Source: an uncultured bacterium
GTDB taxonomy: Bacteria; Cyanobacteriota; Cyanobacteriia; CAIUCS01
NCBI GenBank assembly: GCA_964550475.1
Contig: CAZJZR010000001.1
Coordinates: 7,847-43,998 of the forward strand
Direction of reading: 5' to 3'
DNA: 36,152 nucleotides
In this document: in pieces, positions 33,935 through 36,152 of the stretch
How the letters are laid out: every line of letters starts with the position of its first letter
Numbering within the stretch: position 1 is the stretch's first letter
Program-made: the position numbers and the translations under genes
Notes under the pieces: generated by a model
Databases searched by the model: none
What the model saw: only the letters and a program-made list of their open reading frames with translations
What the model was told of the DNA's origin: nothing

Positions 33935-35779
33935 ATGCAAGTAGATGAGTTGCACGTTGATGTGTTGGTGGTGGGTGGGGGAACCGGAGGCACTGCCGCC
34001 GCCATTCAAGCGGCGCGGCGGGGCGCAAAAACTGTTTTAGTTAGTGAATTTGCCTGGTTGGGAGGAATGCTTACCAGTGCAGGTGTATCGGCTCCGGATG
34101 GCAATGAACTGGCAGCGTGGCAGACGGGAATTTGGGGCGCGTTTGTCCAAGCCCTGAGGCAGCGGCAACCTGTGAGTTTGGATTATGGCTGGGTCAGCAA
34201 TTTTGCCTATGATCCACGGGTTGGGGCGGCGATTTTTGCTGAGTGGGTGCAGGCGTTGCCAAATCTCAACTGGATTAGCGGCCAAACTCCCGTGGCTGTT
34301 AAACGTGAGGGCGATCGCGTTATCGGAGTCGAATTTGCCAATGGCACCATCTATGCCGAGATTGTGCTGGATGGGACGGAACTGGGAGATTTGTTAGCGT
34401 TAGGGGAGATCCCCTACCGTTGGGGTTGGGAGTGGCAGGCGCATTGGCAGGAACCGACGGCTCCCATTGCCCCCAATGTCATCACTGATACCTATCCGGT
34501 GCAGGCACCGACTTGGATTGTGGTGTTACAGGATTATGGCGAGGGCGCGATCGCCCCACCCATTCCCGCCCCACTCGACTATGATCCCAGCCGGTTTGCC
34601 GCTGCCTGGGAACGCCACGGAAGCGAGGCATTTATTACCTACGGTCGGTTTGCCGGAATCGAAGCGAACACGGGTAAAGGATCTGGAACGGGCGATCGCT
34701 TCATGATCAACTGGCCAATCCATGGCAACGATTACGGTCACAACTTGGATCGGTTACTGGAAAGCCCCGACCGTCGTCAGGACTTTTTCCAAGCCAGTCT
34801 TGCCTATAGTCAAGGTTTTGCCCACTTCATCCAGACGGAACTTGATCCGCGTTATGGGCTGGCTACTGGCATCTTTCCGGCCTCTCCCACCGCCCAAGCC
34901 CTCTTGCCCCCAGATTGCCAAACCGCCTTTGCCCTCCACCCCTACTTCCGCGAAAGCCGCCGTCTGATTGGCCTGACTACCGTGATTGAACCGGATATTC
35001 TGCCCATCCCCGGTGGGCAGGTGGCACAATTACCCATGGATGGGGATGGCAATGTCACCGCGATCGCCCTCGGCAACTACCCCAACGATCACCACTATCC
35101 CGGCTATGAATTTCCGCTGCATCCCAAATCGTTGCGTTGGGGCGGACGCTGGACTGGGACACCCTTCACCCTTCCCTATGGTTGCTTGGTTCCGGCTACC
35201 GTCGATGGTTTTTTAGTCTGCGAAAAAAATATTTCCGTCTCCCACATTGCCAATGGAGCGACACGATTGCAGCCGTTGGTGTTGGCAATTGGCCAAGCGG
35301 CGGGGATGGCAGCGGCTCTGTGTGTGGAGCGGGGTTGTCAACCAAGGCAGTTACCTGTGCAGGCGTTGCAACAGGCATTGTTACAAGACCCGATCGCCCC
35401 AGCCGCCGTAATTCCGTTGTTTAATCTGACGTGCGATCGTCCGGAATGGTTGAGCTTGCAACACCACTACCTGCGTCATCCTGAGCTGTACCCTAGCAAT
35501 GGCTACAGTCCCGATTTACTGCCGCTCCCCTCTCCCCCCACGCCTCCTGCTACCGCCACTCACCACTTCTCTGGCCAGTTGCAACGGCTAGGCGACCAAC
35601 ACTATGGGTTAGTCTCCGAACTGTCGCCCCTCGCCAGCCGACCGTTAACCCTGATTACCCTCGACCCTCAGATCGATGCACAATTGGCACAGTATGCTGA
35701 TGGACAGGCGATCGCTGGAGCGGGATCACTGAACACAGCGGGGCATTGGATCACTGTGGAATGGCTGAAACATGCATAG
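33935..35779 (+). CDS. FAD-dependent oxidoreductase (FAD_oxidored-type)
   Basis: I prefer the ATG at 33935 (MQVDELHVDVLVVGGGTGGTAAAIQAARRGAKTVLV). GGGTGG is the Rossmann motif. The 33845 start in the track is a TTG with no supporting context. Confidence 0.85.
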   Translation: MQVDELHVDVLVVGGGTGGTAAAIQAARRGAKTVLVSEFAWLGGMLTSAGVSAPDGNELAAWQTGIWGAFVQALRQRQPVSLDYGWVSNFAYDPRVGAAIFAEWVQALPNLNWISGQTPVAVKREGDRVIGVEFANGTIYAEIVLDGTELGDLLALGEIPYRWGWEWQAHWQEPTAPIAPNVITDTYPVQAPTWIVVLQDYGEGAIAPPIPAPLDYDPSRFAAAWERHGSEAFITYGRFAGIEANTGKGSGTGDRFMINWPIHGNDYGHNLDRLLESPDRRQDFFQASLAYSQGFAHFIQTELDPRYGLATGIFPASPTAQALLPPDCQTAFALHPYFRESRRLIGLTTVIEPDILPIPGGQVAQLPMDGDGNVTAIALGNYPNDHHYPGYEFPLHPKSLRWGGRWTGTPFTLPYGCLVPATVDGFLVCEKNISVSHIANGATRLQPLVLAIGQAAGMAAALCVERGCQPRQLPVQALQQALLQDPIAPAAVIPLFNLTCDRPEWLSLQHHYLRHPELYPSNGYSPDLLPLPSPPTPPATATHHFSGQLQRLGDQHYGLVSELSPLASRPLTLITLDPQIDAQLAQYADGQAIAGAGSLNTAGHWITVEWLKHA

Positions 35780-36035
35780 TGCCCTCCCTATACGTAACCG
35801 TTTACGCCACTCCATACACAGCTATCCATACACAGATATATAGGCATGTAGGTATAGTCTCGCAGTTGCCAACCCATTGCCGTATTCCCACACCCATCAC
35901 AGGGATATGATTTGCCTGCAAGTCCCTTAGGGTTTGTAAAGCAACAACTTCCAAGCATTCATTCAGTTTTCTTGGTGCATTCTTGGTGCCTTAGTACCTT
36001 GGTGGTGAAAGAAAGATGAACCACTAAGACACTAA

Positions 36036-36152
36036 GAGGGTGTTTTAAAAGTGTCTGGCGGTTAAAACCGCGACTACGTGAACAAAGTCCGCCTACACGG
36101 ACTGAAGAAAATCAAGGGTTTCCATAACCTGCGTAGGCAGGTTTTGTCCGTA
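36036..36152. repeat. MITE-like repeat modules (gagggtgttttaaaag.., ggcggttaaaaccgcgactacg, aacctgcgtaggcaggtt) running off the window
   Basis: It shares modules with 8404-8530 and 13005-13136. Confidence 0.7.

Noticed and set aside
1-36152. tRNA, rRNA, tmRNA, RNase P or SRP RNA genes
   Set aside because: I scanned for T-loop cores (GGTTCGAATCC-like) with matching acceptor stems and for conserved cores of the other RNAs. The only GTTCGAA or GTTCAA hits lie inside CDSs or lack cloverleaf partners.

Overview
This is a cyanobacterial chromosomal segment. The HIP1 octamer GCGATCGC recurs throughout, and several conserved genes are cyanobacteria/plastid-lineage types. Most of the window is housekeeping. 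It holds an NrtD/CmpD-type ABC ATPase, trpD, a Ski2-like helicase, a DUF362 protein and an M48 peptidase. It also holds an archaeal-type LeuC/HacA-like dehydratase large subunit, proB, a DUF1995 protein, cobH and a cNMP-binding protein. Further on are a CruA-like flavoprotein, a response regulator with an HD-GYP domain, DUF3086- and DUF3119-like proteins, two GT2 glycosyltransferases and an FAD oxidoreductase. Intergenic DNA is saturated with several families of MITE-like palindromic repeats, short tandem repeats and long hairpins. The most interesting region is a 2.6 kb accessory islet between nrtD and trpD (about 1150-3850). It is bounded by inverted copies of a 47-bp hairpin element. It contains three sites with the box and bulge architecture of integron attC sites. 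These delimit small orphan ORFs and a BrnT/BrnA toxin-antitoxin pair, with no integrase in the window (a CALIN-type cassette array). The first cassette is preceded by three phased TTAGG-N14-CCTAA sites. Other accessory or decayed material: an IS256 transposase C-terminal relic sits next to a frameshifted P-loop NTPase pseudogene (13.9-14.8 kb). A 1.8 kb stretch with no intact gene (25.75-27.55 kb) carries Cys-rich ORF relics. An 82-bp structured palindromic element is present in three copies, two of which bracket one gene in inverted orientation. I found no rRNA, tRNA or CRISPR array. All functional calls come from reading motifs in the translated ORFs; no database search was run.
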